A stretch of 63,998 nucleotides of DNA, counting the filler, from an uncultured bacterium (lineage in GTDB: Bacteria; Latescibacterota; UBA2968), in assembly GCA_964471275.1 (NCBI GenBank). It is 4 parts of 4 records of this genome, joined end to end, with 100 filler letters (N's around TTAATTAATTAA, not from the genome) between each part and the next. Parts side by side here need not be neighbours in the genome. Positions count along the whole stretch, not along the records: positions 1 to 16,108 come from CAYYGZ010000093.1; 3 more parts are not named here. One strand, given 5' to 3'. A program made the position numbers and the translations under genes. Positions 1-9,360 of the stretch are shown here, piece after piece. Numbering within the stretch: the stretch's first letter is position 1; every line of letters begins with the position of its first letter. The notes below the pieces were generated by a model that was not told the DNA's origin, did not search any database, and saw only the letters and a list, made by a program, of their open reading frames with translations.

Positions 1-1
1 T

Positions 2-466
2 CTGAGCTCCCAGAGCTGGGGACCTCGGCTCCGAACCTCTGAGGAACTGTACACGTTCGAACGGCCGAGCCGTAACAGCTGACAGGACGAAGGAAGACGA
101 TTTCTCACCCTGTCTATCTACGTAACTCAGATCCCGGGCGCGCAGCATATCCCAAGGTGGCTCGAAATCGTCCAGCTTTCCCCAATCGGCAAGTGCAGGC
201 TCCTTTACTTCACCGACAACACCCGACTCGGCCCGATGCCACGTGCTTCCCCAATCATCCACATACTGAGAGGCTTCCGCGCCGTCATCCCGGATCTCGC
301 CCGGCGAGATCTCGCACTTGAACAAATCCATCGGAAAATCACGTCGAAGGTCATCCAGATCATCGGGCTGGTTCGTAATCACCCCCGGGAGTGCCCAGAG
401 GTCACGGGGTGCCCGGTCCGGTGCCTCGAACTTCAGTGCGCGAAGTGTTCGCTGTCTGCCATTCAT
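2..466 (-). CDS. Uroporphyrinogen decarboxylase / MtaA-CmuA methyltransferase family protein, N-terminal part (runs off window start)
   Basis: Not in the ORF track. Manual translation from ATG 466: MNGRQRTLRALKFEAPDRAPRDLWALPG...YVDDWGSTW...GEVKEPALADW...PFERVQFLRG, typical of URO-D-like proteins. ATGA overlap with the upstream stop. Confidence 0.7.
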   Translation of the reverse strand, partial: MNGRQRTLRALKFEAPDRAPRDLWALPGVITNQPDDLDDLRRDFPMDLFKCEISPGEIRDDGAEASQYVDDWGSTWHRAESGVVGEVKEPALADWGKLDDFEPPWDMLRARDLSYVDRQGEKSSSFVLSAVTARPFERVQFLRGSEPRSPALGAQ

Positions 467-747
467 CCTGCCAGTACTCCTACGCTTGGCGAATCAGGCT
501 CTCTCTCGGTAAGCCTGAAATTCAGGTCCTCGATCAGATCCGATGTGAAACACAGCTGCTCTTTGATAGACTGTTCGTCACGATGAATTCCGTTGAGCTT
601 GACCTGAATCTCGTTCAGACGCTGCCTGTAGCCCTTGACATCATCCCTGAGACCCCGGACTCGGCGCTCCAAATGCTGGATTTGAACAGAGGTGTAGTAC
701 TTGTTCACAAGGACAGCTGTGAAGCCGATCAGGATGAATGAAATCAT
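463..747 (-). CDS. Small N-terminally anchored coiled-coil hypothetical protein
   Basis: MISFILIGFTAVLVNKYY followed by a heptad-like segment; stop overlaps the next start codon. Confidence 0.55.
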   Translation of the reverse strand: MISFILIGFTAVLVNKYYTSVQIQHLERRVRGLRDDVKGYRQRLNEIQVKLNGIHRDEQSIKEQLCFTSDLIEDLNFRLTEREPDSPSVGVLAG

Positions 748-1178
748 CGGATGTTCTCGTGGGATGCGTTTCCTATCCCTACACGACCCCATCTGTAACC
801 AAAGTGCAAACACACAACCTCGGAAATCAGCGGTCGAGACAGGAAGGACTTGTCCTGAACCGACGCCTCCGGAAGTCACAGAGGACGTTCACCCCACATC
901 TGGTTTCCGGTGCCCGTGCAGTTCGAAATGTGGGGTATGACGTTACGGCCCCGCCGAGACCAAGTTACCTTGGGTGTCTCTACCTTCTAAGCGTTCTCTG
1001 CGGTTGAGAACTGTCAAACTGAGGCTAACCATCTCGACATCCCGCTTTCCAACTTGACGTTGTAAGATAGACATCCCCTGTTATGGATGTTATCTTCATC
1101 CGCTCGCGCCCCAGAGACAGACAGAAAATCGGCCGGTTCGGGCGCTTCCGGCTGTCGTGAAACCAGAAAGGTTACAGA

Positions 1179-2240
1179 ATGGCCAAGTTAAAAGTCGGAG
1201 TAGTCGGTGTGGGTGGAATCGCGAAATCTCATTTCCCCGGCTGGGCTGCCTCGGAGCACGCCGAAATCGTAGCCGGCAGCGATATCAACCCGAAGGTGCT
1301 CGACGCATTCGCAAAACAGACGGGGGCCACAAAGCTGGTTACTGACCCGAAAGAGCTGTTCCGTGATCCGGATATCGACATCATCGATGTCTGTACGCCC
1401 AACAACTACCACGCACCGCTCTCAGTTGCGGCACTGAAAGCGGGCAAGCACGTCATCTGTGAAAAGCCCTTGGCCCCAAACCCGACGCAGATCAAGAAGA
1501 TGATCGCGGCGCGGGACAAATCGGGTAAGATGCTGATGACCGCGCAGCACTTCCGCTTTCAGGGCAAGTCGAAAGCCATGAAGGCTGAACTCGACACGGG
1601 GGCCCTGGGAGACATCTACCACGCCCGGAGCTGGATGCTCAGGCGATCCGGCGCTCCCGCCCGTCCGGGTTTCATTCTCAAGGAGCACAGCGGTGGGGGT
1701 CCCTGTATCGACATCGGCGTCCACATCCTGGACCTGACGCTGTGGTTCATGGGCAACCCACGTCCGATCGCCGTTTCCGGCGTGGCGCGTGCAGAAATCG
1801 CCCACCAGAAGGGCGCCTGGACACGCATGGAAAACGGCGCCTTGATCCCGAAGAAGTTCGACGTCGAGGACTTCGCTGCGGCCTTCGTCCGCTTCGAGAA
1901 CAGCGCGACGCTCGTCCTGGAAGTCAGCTGGCTGCTTCATCACAACACGATGGGCGAGGACATGCAGATGTGGCTCTACGGAACGAAGGGTGGCAGCCAC
2001 TGGCCCAACTGTGAGGTCTTCCAGACCAACAACACCACAAAACAGCACTACAACCGTGAGTTGATGCACACCCGGGATCAGCTCGAAGCCCACGCACAGG
2101 AATGCGTCGAGTTCGCACAGGCGATCGTCGACGGGGCCCCATCTCCTGTACCGGCAGAGCAGTCGATGCAGGTGATGGCGATTCTGGATGGAATTTACCG
2201 GAGCCAGAAAACGGGGAAGGAAGTGTTGATCAAGTATTAG
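1179..2240 (+). CDS. Gfo/Idh/MocA family oxidoreductase
   Basis: GVGGIA Rossmann motif, KHVICEKP, GGGPCIDIGVH motifs. Confidence 0.93.
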   Translation: MAKLKVGVVGVGGIAKSHFPGWAASEHAEIVAGSDINPKVLDAFAKQTGATKLVTDPKELFRDPDIDIIDVCTPNNYHAPLSVAALKAGKHVICEKPLAPNPTQIKKMIAARDKSGKMLMTAQHFRFQGKSKAMKAELDTGALGDIYHARSWMLRRSGAPARPGFILKEHSGGGPCIDIGVHILDLTLWFMGNPRPIAVSGVARAEIAHQKGAWTRMENGALIPKKFDVEDFAAAFVRFENSATLVLEVSWLLHHNTMGEDMQMWLYGTKGGSHWPNCEVFQTNNTTKQHYNRELMHTRDQLEAHAQECVEFAQAIVDGAPSPVPAEQSMQVMAILDGIYRSQKTGKEVLIKY

Positions 2241-2433
2241 CGGGTAAATCATAGACCACGGACAAAAATAGAGGCCAAAACTCGCTATGAGTTTCGGCCT
2301 CTATTGTATCTACGGGGTGGCCGGAATCAGGCCTGTCGATTCTGCTCCGATTCTCGCTTATCCAGTTTCCGATGCCACCAAGAAGCAGAACCACAAGCGC
2401 CAGCATACCCATACTGTAAATGAACTGATCCAT
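2230..2433 (-). CDS. Small single-TM hypothetical protein
   Basis: AAGGAAG RBS then MDQFIYSMGMLALVVLLLGGIGNW; 3' end runs through the terminator hairpin. Confidence 0.35.
   Translation of the reverse strand: MDQFIYSMGMLALVVLLLGGIGNWISENRSRIDRPDSGHPVDTIEAETHSEFWPLFLSVVYDLPANT
2267..2305. terminator. Probable bidirectional intrinsic terminator
   Basis: AATAGAGGCCAAAACTC-gctat-GAGTTTCGGCCTCTATT hairpin just after the oxidoreductase stop. Confidence 0.65.
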
Positions 2434-2435
2434 GG

Positions 2436-2627
2436 CTACTTCCTTTTCAGGTAGATCGATACTCCAATCGCGATTACTCCGGCGCTCCCACTGACGAAGC
2501 TGCTTAGCCAGAACCCGAATCTCAGGTTCGTATCCACGAACAAGGGTCCCACCGCACCGATGAGGAGAATACCCACTCCCAGGTTTGACAGTGCCGCACT
2601 GAGCCCGTCGATCTGATCTCGGTTCAT
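2436..2627 (-). CDS. Small two-TM hypothetical protein
   Basis: GGGAGAGGG RBS, two hydrophobic segments, basic C-terminus KRK. Confidence 0.5.
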   Translation of the reverse strand: MNRDQIDGLSAALSNLGVGILLIGAVGPLFVDTNLRFGFWLSSFVSGSAGVIAIGVSIYLKRK

Positions 2628-2792
2628 TCCCTCTCCCAGAATATAGCCTGGCTGAGTGACAAGGCAATTGGCGTATCTGGCTCCGCAGGTGTATTATGTC
2701 CTTGATTTTCAGCACTTAGGTATCTCTGTGATCACAGATCAAGTGTCTGTATTGGGTGATTCCTTTCAGCAATCGGAGCTGAGGTAAGCGAA

Positions 2793-3725
2793 ATGGACAA
2801 AGTGACACTTGGCAGAACGGAGCTTGACGTCAGCGTGATGGGGGTAGGTGCGGGTGGCCCGAGCCAGATCGGCAAGAAGACCGGGAAAACTGAGGTCGAA
2901 TCCGCCCGGATTATCCTGAAAGCGTTCGATGCAGGTGTCAACTTCATCGACACGGCCGAGGATTACGGAACCGAGCCGCTCGTGGGTCTGGCACTCAAGG
3001 ACCTGCCGCGCGACCAGATCGTGATCTCCACAAAGAAGAGCTCCAAGGACAAACCGGCCGAGGATGTTGCGACAAGCTGCGAGGAAAGCCTCAAGCGACT
3101 TGGGACAGACTACATCGACATCTACAGTCTGCACGGTGTCTACCCATGGGACTACGAGCGCTGCCGCGATGATCTGTATCCGGAGCTCGTCAAGCTGAGG
3201 GAAGCGGGCAAGATCCGGCACATCGGCATCACCGAAATGTTCAACTCTGACAAGACACACAACATGCTGGAACAAGCGTTGTCGGATGACCTCTGGGACG
3301 TGGCAATGGTTGGATTCAACATCCTGAATCAGACTGCCAGCCGGTCTATCCTGGCAAAGTCGATCGACCTGAACGTTGGGGTTCAGGTCATGTTCGCGGT
3401 CAGGAAGGCAATGAGCGATCCGGCGTTCCTCGCCGAGACGATCAGAACCCTTTTGGACGAGGGTCAGATCGATGCGGATGACCTGGACGATCCCGACCAC
3501 GCGCTGGACTTTCTCATCCGTCCCGACGGCGCGGCCAGCGTGCCTGACGCCGCTTACCGATTCTGTCGACACGAACCTGGCACACACGTAATCCTCTCTG
3601 GCACCGGGAACCCGGACCACCTCGCGGAGAACGTCGCCAGCCTGGAACGGGACCCGCTCCCTCCGCACGACATCGAGCGTATGAAGTACATCTTCCGGAA
3701 CGTTGACGCGACAACAGGTCAATAA
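2793..3725 (+). CDS. Aldo/keto reductase
   Basis: LGRTELDVS, GVNFIDTAEDYG, STK, SLKRLGTDYIDIYSLHG, GKIRHIG motifs. Confidence 0.93.
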   Translation: MDKVTLGRTELDVSVMGVGAGGPSQIGKKTGKTEVESARIILKAFDAGVNFIDTAEDYGTEPLVGLALKDLPRDQIVISTKKSSKDKPAEDVATSCEESLKRLGTDYIDIYSLHGVYPWDYERCRDDLYPELVKLREAGKIRHIGITEMFNSDKTHNMLEQALSDDLWDVAMVGFNILNQTASRSILAKSIDLNVGVQVMFAVRKAMSDPAFLAETIRTLLDEGQIDADDLDDPDHALDFLIRPDGAASVPDAAYRFCRHEPGTHVILSGTGNPDHLAENVASLERDPLPPHDIERMKYIFRNVDATTGQ

Positions 3726-3779
3726 GCCCGGACAGCCCAGCCGAATCCTGAGCATACGGGAGTTCCACAGTGGGTAAGA

Positions 3780-3960
3780 AGAGAATCACCGAGATGGCGA
3801 GCAGCCTCGATGATAGTCTTGCCCTCGGAGATCAGAATCTCAGCCTGTCAGAGATGACCGATGATCTGTTCTGCTGTGTAACGCTTCCTTGCCAGGATGA
3901 CCACTTTCTATGTCTCATATCCTAACTTTAGAACTGGTAACATTATAGCGGGGCAGGTCA
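3780..3960 (-). mobile_element. IS3-family (IS407-group-like) left end and orfA remnant
   Basis: Minus strand begins TGACCTGCCCC at 3960; reads LARKRYTAEQIIGHL*QAEILISEGKTIIEAARHLG (HTH of orfA) with an in-frame TGA at 3848-3850. Confidence 0.75.
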
Positions 3961-3961
3961 A

Positions 3962-4177
3962 CGTTACCTCGGGAGCATTACAGGGGTATCGTCCACATTG
4001 ATGGTCGGCAGTTCGGCGCTTGGACCGATGCCCTTTGGCGTAGCGCGCGACGCCTTTGGGAGCTATCATCTCGTTCTCACGGCATTTGCTGTCGTGCCGG
4101 TCCTGCTAGCGGCGCGCTGCCTGATCTACGGAAAGACGCCGACGCGACCTGAAACTCCGGTTTCGCCCGTCACATAG
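3962..4177 (+). pseudogene. C-terminal remnant of an MFS transporter
   Basis: RYLGSITGVSSTLMVGSSALGPMPFGVARDAFGSYHLVL...* matches the last two MFS helices; begins immediately at the IS end. Confidence 0.65.
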
Positions 4178-4204
4178 GCGATCCGATCTGCCTGGAGCCT
4201 CCAT

Positions 4205-5728
4205 CTGAAACTCATCCAGATCACAGACCTTCACCTCTCCGATCGCGACGACACGCCTGCCGCTGACGCGCTCCGCTGGGCCATCGACACGTGCAACCGG
4301 ATACAGCCCGACCTCGTCGCATTCACCGGTGACCTCACCACGTATGGCACCCGGGAATCAGCCCGACAGTTTCTGGAACAGGCGAAGCGGCTCGACTCGC
4401 CCTGGGTCTTTACACCGGGCAATGCGGAACTCCGGTCTGCTGGCGCGATAGAGGTCCTTTCCGATCCGGCGGCAAAGCGATCGATCGTGATCAATGACGT
4501 CCTCTTCCTCCTTCCGGACACCTCAACAGGTAGGATCACTGCACACGACCGAACTTGCCTGGACGCCCACACATCTTCGGACCACACTTCGGCCATCCTG
4601 ACCCACTACCCGATCGACACGCTTGACGAGAATTCTCGAGAGTGGGTCACTCAGTGGTTGTCGACGGCAACGGCCGAGCTCTACCTTGCCGGTCATCGTC
4701 ATTTTACACGTTCACGTCGCATCGGTGGGTGCACGGAAATCATCACCCGTGGGCTTGATCCCGACAAGGCTTTTGGCGGCCCTCCCGGTATAAGCCTGTT
4801 CGAACGACGACCGGATGGGATGTGGGCCGAGGAAGTTGTCCTCTGGCCTCACGAGCGGGATCTGTCACCCGCCGAGACGCCGTTCTCACCGGTAGGCTGG
4901 TCCATTCACGGGGACCCGGGAGAAACGATTCGCGAGACCTATGACGCTGGGATTAGCGTAGTGGAACTGCGGCCCAACGAGCCCGGCTACAATCTGGCGT
5001 CGGCAATCGCTGAACTCAGACGGCTCCGGGAGGATCGGGAAATCTACCTGTCCTGGCATCTCCCCAACATCGGATGGGACGCGTCCTCCTACAGGCTGAA
5101 GGGAGAGGATGCGCTGGTGAAACAGATCGGGGACGGTCAGGTATGCGGAGTTGATGCCTTCACGATGCACGTGCCCTGGGTAGGCGCAAGCTTGTTATAT
5201 GACGGAAACCCTCTGTGGGAAGCATTCCGCGAATCACACGCTGAGCTTTTCGGGGATGCGATTGAGGACGGCGTTCGGTTGTCGATTGAGAACGTGCACA
5301 ACAGCCCCGGTACGCCACTGGATCGGGAAAGCCGGAAATTCGGGACAACCATCGATGAGTGTAAGGCCTGGATGGATGCCGTCAGTTCAACCTTTGGACC
5401 TGAAGCGAGAGTTGGTGCTCATCTCGATGTGGGTCACGCGCGGAACAACGGTGAGTTCGGCAACTTCCAGCCGCTGGGAGATTGGTATGCTCGGCTTGGC
5501 CGACGGATAACCGGCTATCACATCCACCAGGTTCGTCCGCACAAGGTAACCGGAAAGCTGACCAATCACCGGGAAATCAAATCGCTTTACGATCAGACCA
5601 TCAGCTACGCCGGATTTCTACACGCCTGGTCGAATCACACGATTAATCGGGCGCCGTTGTTTGTAGAAGTCAGAGACGCGGAGGAGCGCAGACGGACGGC
5701 ACGAATGCTAAAGGAAGTGTTCGGCTGA
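4205..5728 (+). CDS. Calcineurin-like metallophosphoesterase fused to a xylose-isomerase/AP-endonuclease-2-like TIM barrel
   Basis: In-frame extension of ORF 4487 to CTG 4205 (GGAG upstream): ITDLH, FTGDL, PGNAE, THYP, AGHRH; C-terminal IENVH, HLDVGH, YHIHQ, NH, FVEVR. Confidence 0.75.
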   Translation: MKLIQITDLHLSDRDDTPAADALRWAIDTCNRIQPDLVAFTGDLTTYGTRESARQFLEQAKRLDSPWVFTPGNAELRSAGAIEVLSDPAAKRSIVINDVLFLLPDTSTGRITAHDRTCLDAHTSSDHTSAILTHYPIDTLDENSREWVTQWLSTATAELYLAGHRHFTRSRRIGGCTEIITRGLDPDKAFGGPPGISLFERRPDGMWAEEVVLWPHERDLSPAETPFSPVGWSIHGDPGETIRETYDAGISVVELRPNEPGYNLASAIAELRRLREDREIYLSWHLPNIGWDASSYRLKGEDALVKQIGDGQVCGVDAFTMHVPWVGASLLYDGNPLWEAFRESHAELFGDAIEDGVRLSIENVHNSPGTPLDRESRKFGTTIDECKAWMDAVSSTFGPEARVGAHLDVGHARNNGEFGNFQPLGDWYARLGRRITGYHIHQVRPHKVTGKLTNHREIKSLYDQTISYAGFLHAWSNHTINRAPLFVEVRDAEERRRTARMLKEVFG

Positions 5729-5922
5729 TCAAGCACCGGGAGCGGCACGCCGATCCGATGTCCGCTAACCGTCCACTTCTCCAAGGCTGCACCAGAGGGG
5801 ATCTGACGCAGGTTCCCCACATTTCTGCGCAAAGAAACGCAAATGGGGCTCTGCCCGGATTCGTGTGGGGAAACCGATCCTACTAAACATCACTTAGATC
5901 TGGTGCGGAACGACATCCACTT

Positions 5923-6402
5923 GTGCCCACGCCCTGGACTTACGAGGATGGATTCGCCTTCCATTCGCCGAGCGCGTGTTCGGAATTGCTCACACACACC
6001 AACGGCAAGCTCTACTGGATCGGGAACATCTGTGAGAAGAATCCACAAAGCAATCGACCCCGGTATCCGATCACCATCGGTGAGGTCAATCAGGATACGG
6101 GCCTCTTGATTCGTGACTCGGTCACCATCATCGACGATCGACAGCCCGGTGAGGGCGAACGGATGACGCTCTCTAATTTTCACGCGCGCGAAGACCGGGA
6201 GAACGGTAATGTGCTCGTGTTTCTGCCGCGATTCTTCGTGAACGGGGATGAAGACGAGCACCGATTCACGGCCGACCTGTCGCAGATCACGGTTCGGGTC
6301 GGGTCGGGTAGAACGCGAATGTCGTCCTCTGGGAGGCCGACGGCAGGGGATGCATATCGGATCTGGCCCTTCGCTACGGTAGGCACGAGCGATCCCAGAT
6401 AA
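5923..6402 (+). pseudogene. C-terminal fragment of a sialidase-like beta-propeller protein
   Basis: PWTYEDG..FHSPSACS..HTNGKLYWIGNI..NRPRYP..SNF; no N-terminal part or good RBS; 3' end runs into the repeat element. Confidence 0.5.
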
Positions 6403-6440
6403 CAGAGCCAGGAATCGTCTACCGGTGTGCCTACTCAGGG
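6300..6440. repeat. Degenerate copy of the ~160-bp palindromic element
   Basis: Ends GTGTGCCTACTCAGGG as at 35337-35352; internal TGGCCCTTCGCTACGG resembles TGGCCCCTCGATAAGG. Confidence 0.5.
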
Positions 6441-6453
6441 CGAAGCCGTGCGG

Positions 6454-7227
6454 TTAGCGGCTTCGCATGAAGGCCAATCCGCGTGTGATGCGGGCATCCG
6501 GTTCGTCGCCGCCGGAAAACTCGAAGCAGTAAATGATTCGCTGAGGCAGCGCATCGAGGGCGACGAAGATCTCCTTCATCGGGAGATCTCCCTCCCCGGG
6601 CACGCTGGTGCCGTCGTCACTCGGGTCCTTCACGTGTACATAGATGGCCCGACTCCCGATCGCCTTGATGACCTCGAAGGGATCCTGCTTCCAACCTGCA
6701 TAGTTCCCTATATCGATGTTCGTCTTCAGTGTGGGCACGTCGAAATGGTTCAACACCGTCTGGATCTCCGCTAGTGTCCCTCCCGGTGACCGCGCGTAGT
6801 TCTCGAGTACAATCTGAACGCCCTTCTCCTTTGCACGATCGATGACCTGCTCGGCCCACGCCCAATCCGGATGATCGTCTGTACCCGGAACCGGGCCAGG
6901 GAAGATCCGAACGTGCGGAGAACCGATATCGGCCGCAGTATCCACATCGGCAAGCAGCTGATCGCGCGCGTCCCCTTTGCAGAACAGGACGCTGTGTGTC
7001 CCGAAGGTGACGAGCAGCCCGAGTTCTTCCGCTCGCGCCTTCACAGCCGGTAGCCGTTCACGCATGCTCGTTCCGCTCTCCTCCCACGCCTTGCGCCTCA
7101 GTTCGATCCCGTCCACGCCCAGCTCTGCTGCCTTCTCTACCATCTGCATCACGCTCATCTCACCAGCCTCGATCGCGGGCTGATATTGTACGATGGATGC
7201 GATGATCGATCGGTTGTCGTTCATCAT
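6454..7227 (-). CDS. Sugar phosphate isomerase/epimerase (TIM barrel)
   Basis: GVDGIELR, VLENY, NIDIGN, YVHVKD, PGEGDLP, FEF motifs. Confidence 0.9.
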   Translation of the reverse strand: MMNDNRSIIASIVQYQPAIEAGEMSVMQMVEKAAELGVDGIELRRKAWEESGTSMRERLPAVKARAEELGLLVTFGTHSVLFCKGDARDQLLADVDTAADIGSPHVRIFPGPVPGTDDHPDWAWAEQVIDRAKEKGVQIVLENYARSPGGTLAEIQTVLNHFDVPTLKTNIDIGNYAGWKQDPFEVIKAIGSRAIYVHVKDPSDDGTSVPGEGDLPMKEIFVALDALPQRIIYCFEFSGGDEPDARITRGLAFMRSR

Positions 7228-7290
7228 AGCGTTTGTCCTTGTTGTATTTCGTCTTCCTGGTCGATACCATCTCGTCTTCTCTACCTGATC

Positions 7291-8535
7291 TCAGTTGAAA
7301 CGATCCGGACTCAGTGTCGCTGGATCATACCCGGTTTCCTCACCGGCAACTACGCGGGCCAGGATCTTCCCCGATTCAGGTCCCAGCGAGATCCCGATCG
7401 TCGCGTGACCGGCCCCGATGACCAGATTGTCATACCGCTCGGTTCTGCCGAGGAATGGGAGTCCATCCGGCGAGCAGGGCCGCAGACCCCGCCAGATCTC
7501 GATCATCTCCATCCTGTCTGTCGACAAGGCTGGGAAGTACGAGGGCACCGCGTTCAGGATAGAATCGACGCGCCGCCGATTGATGGTCAGATCGAGCCCG
7601 GCAAGCTCAAGTGTGCCCGCGAAGCGGAGCGTATCCACCATCGGTGTAACACCGACCTTCGTCTCTGTCATCATGACTGGCAGCGACGGACAGTCGGGTG
7701 GACGTTTGAAGGTGATGCTGTATCCCTTGGCCGGTTGAATCGGGAGCTTCAAACCGAGATCGCCAGCGATCGTGGGAGACCAGGACCCCGCGGCGAGCAC
7801 GAATGTGTCCCCCTCGAGAACGCCTCTCGTCGTCTGGACCGCACTGACCCTGTCCCCGGCTCGCAGGAAGCCAAGCACCTGCGAATCACGCTGGATGGTA
7901 ACGCCGAGTCTCTCCGATTCCTGTGCCAGGGCCCTGACAAACTGAGCGGGCTGAAGGTGACCGTCCTCCGGGTAGTAGACCCCACCGACGGCCGTAATCG
8001 GTGTCTCCGGGATCAGCTTCGCGATCTCGTCCGATCCGAGGATCTCGGTACGGATACCGGACCGACCGGCAATCCGTGCGTCCTCAATCTTGTCCGTCAG
8101 GCCGATCTCGGTGTTGCACGCATACAATGACCCGCAATGCACATACCCGAAGTCCAGACGCTCGGCGAACGCCTCAAACATCGCGAGACTGTTGAGATGC
8201 ATCTCTCGCAAGACGGGAACCGATTTCGCAACGTGTCGATCCGTACAGGAGCGGTTGAACTTCCACAGCCACGAAATGAGATCACGGTCCAGTCGAGGCC
8301 TGATGTAGAGCGGACTCTCGGGATCGAGCATCCATTTCAGGCCCTGTTTGACGATCCCCGGCTCGGACAGCGGAACGCAGTGACTCGGCACGATGAGCCC
8401 GGCATTCCCGTAGGAGCTTCCGGCACACACGTCTCCCTGGTCGACCAGCGTGACCCGGTGTCCTGATTTCGCGAGTTCATATGCCGCACAAACACCGATC
8501 ACGCCGGCGCCGATGACGACGATGTCATTTGACAT
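7291..8535 (-). CDS. dadA: D-amino acid dehydrogenase-like FAD-dependent oxidoreductase
   Basis: IGAGVIG, SSYGNAG, QPAKGYS, WRGLRPCSPDGLP, GHATIGISLGP. Confidence 0.85.
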   Translation of the reverse strand: MSNDIVVIGAGVIGVCAAYELAKSGHRVTLVDQGDVCAGSSYGNAGLIVPSHCVPLSEPGIVKQGLKWMLDPESPLYIRPRLDRDLISWLWKFNRSCTDRHVAKSVPVLREMHLNSLAMFEAFAERLDFGYVHCGSLYACNTEIGLTDKIEDARIAGRSGIRTEILGSDEIAKLIPETPITAVGGVYYPEDGHLQPAQFVRALAQESERLGVTIQRDSQVLGFLRAGDRVSAVQTTRGVLEGDTFVLAAGSWSPTIAGDLGLKLPIQPAKGYSITFKRPPDCPSLPVMMTETKVGVTPMVDTLRFAGTLELAGLDLTINRRRVDSILNAVPSYFPALSTDRMEMIEIWRGLRPCSPDGLPFLGRTERYDNLVIGAGHATIGISLGPESGKILARVVAGEETGYDPATLSPDRFN

Positions 8536-8538
8536 AGT

Positions 8539-8990
8539 CTAGAAAGTCCGTTTGATGATGTGATAGCCCTGGGTCGTCTTGAGGGGTTGTCCCACCAGAG
8601 CGGGCCTTAGCGATTGGATAAGGTCTTCGAATTCAGGCAACAGATCCCCCTGCTTGAAGACACCGATATCTCCGCCCGCAGGACCGGTCTGATCCGTCAA
8701 GTATTTCCGCGCCAGCTGTGCAAAGCCCTCCCCTTCTCGGAGTTTCTGCAGGATCTCATCAGCCAGCGCTTCGTTGTCGACAATAATCTGCGCAGCGCGC
8801 TGTCCTGTAGTCCCATCTTCGCATACACGTAACTCAGGCCGTTCTGCGCGTCCGCTTGAGTCGAATCCATTCGAATCACTGCCCTGTACTCCGCCGCTGC
8901 CTGGTGCTTCTCCGCTGCCTCGGATCGTATCCGGATCTCCCGGGCCTGACATCCGACCATCGATAGCACGACCAGAAGAGTCAGCTAGGG
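8539..8990 (-). pseudogene. Disrupted TPR + parvulin (PpiC-type) peptidyl-prolyl isomerase, probable lipoprotein
   Basis: One frame: LLVVLSMVGC and a TPR (ADAQNGLSYVYAKMG). Frame change near 8795 to RAAQIIV..FAQLARKY..GGDIG.F..LLPEFE..TTQGYHIIKR. Confidence 0.65.
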
Positions 8991-9251
8991 AGTTCGCTTC
9001 CTCAGTGACAGACGACAGATCGATAGTTTGCGAGACAACCGATTGGCTCGACTCAAACTCAGACACTGCATACACGCTCACGCATCAGGAATGGGCACGA
9101 AATCGGTCCCAAGATAAAACCGGTCTCGATGAACACAAGTCTGTGTGTTGCGGCCATTGCCCGGGCTCTAAAGGTGCAGCCATAGCGCCGTGCTCAAGAC
9201 CGCGGATCGGATCCCCCCTAAGTATCAATCACGCGCCGGGATCCGGGACTC

Positions 9252-9280
9252 TTGACGCCCCTGACTGCGAAGGCTAAGTT
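9252..9280 (+). promoter_or_regulatory. Sigma70-like promoter of the solute symporter
   Basis: TTGACG-17 bp-TAAGTT, 80 bp upstream of ATG 9361. Confidence 0.45.
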
Positions 9281-9360
9281 GACGCCTCTATGGATCGTCA
9301 TACAGGCGCGGGAATGCCCTGGTGCGCCTTCAGCCTCATTGGAATCAGGAACGGGCTTCT

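Noticed and set aside
5811..5875. TTCCCCAC/GTGGGGAAAC resembling a type I-E CRISPR repeat
   Set aside because: No regularly spaced direct repeats and no cas genes.
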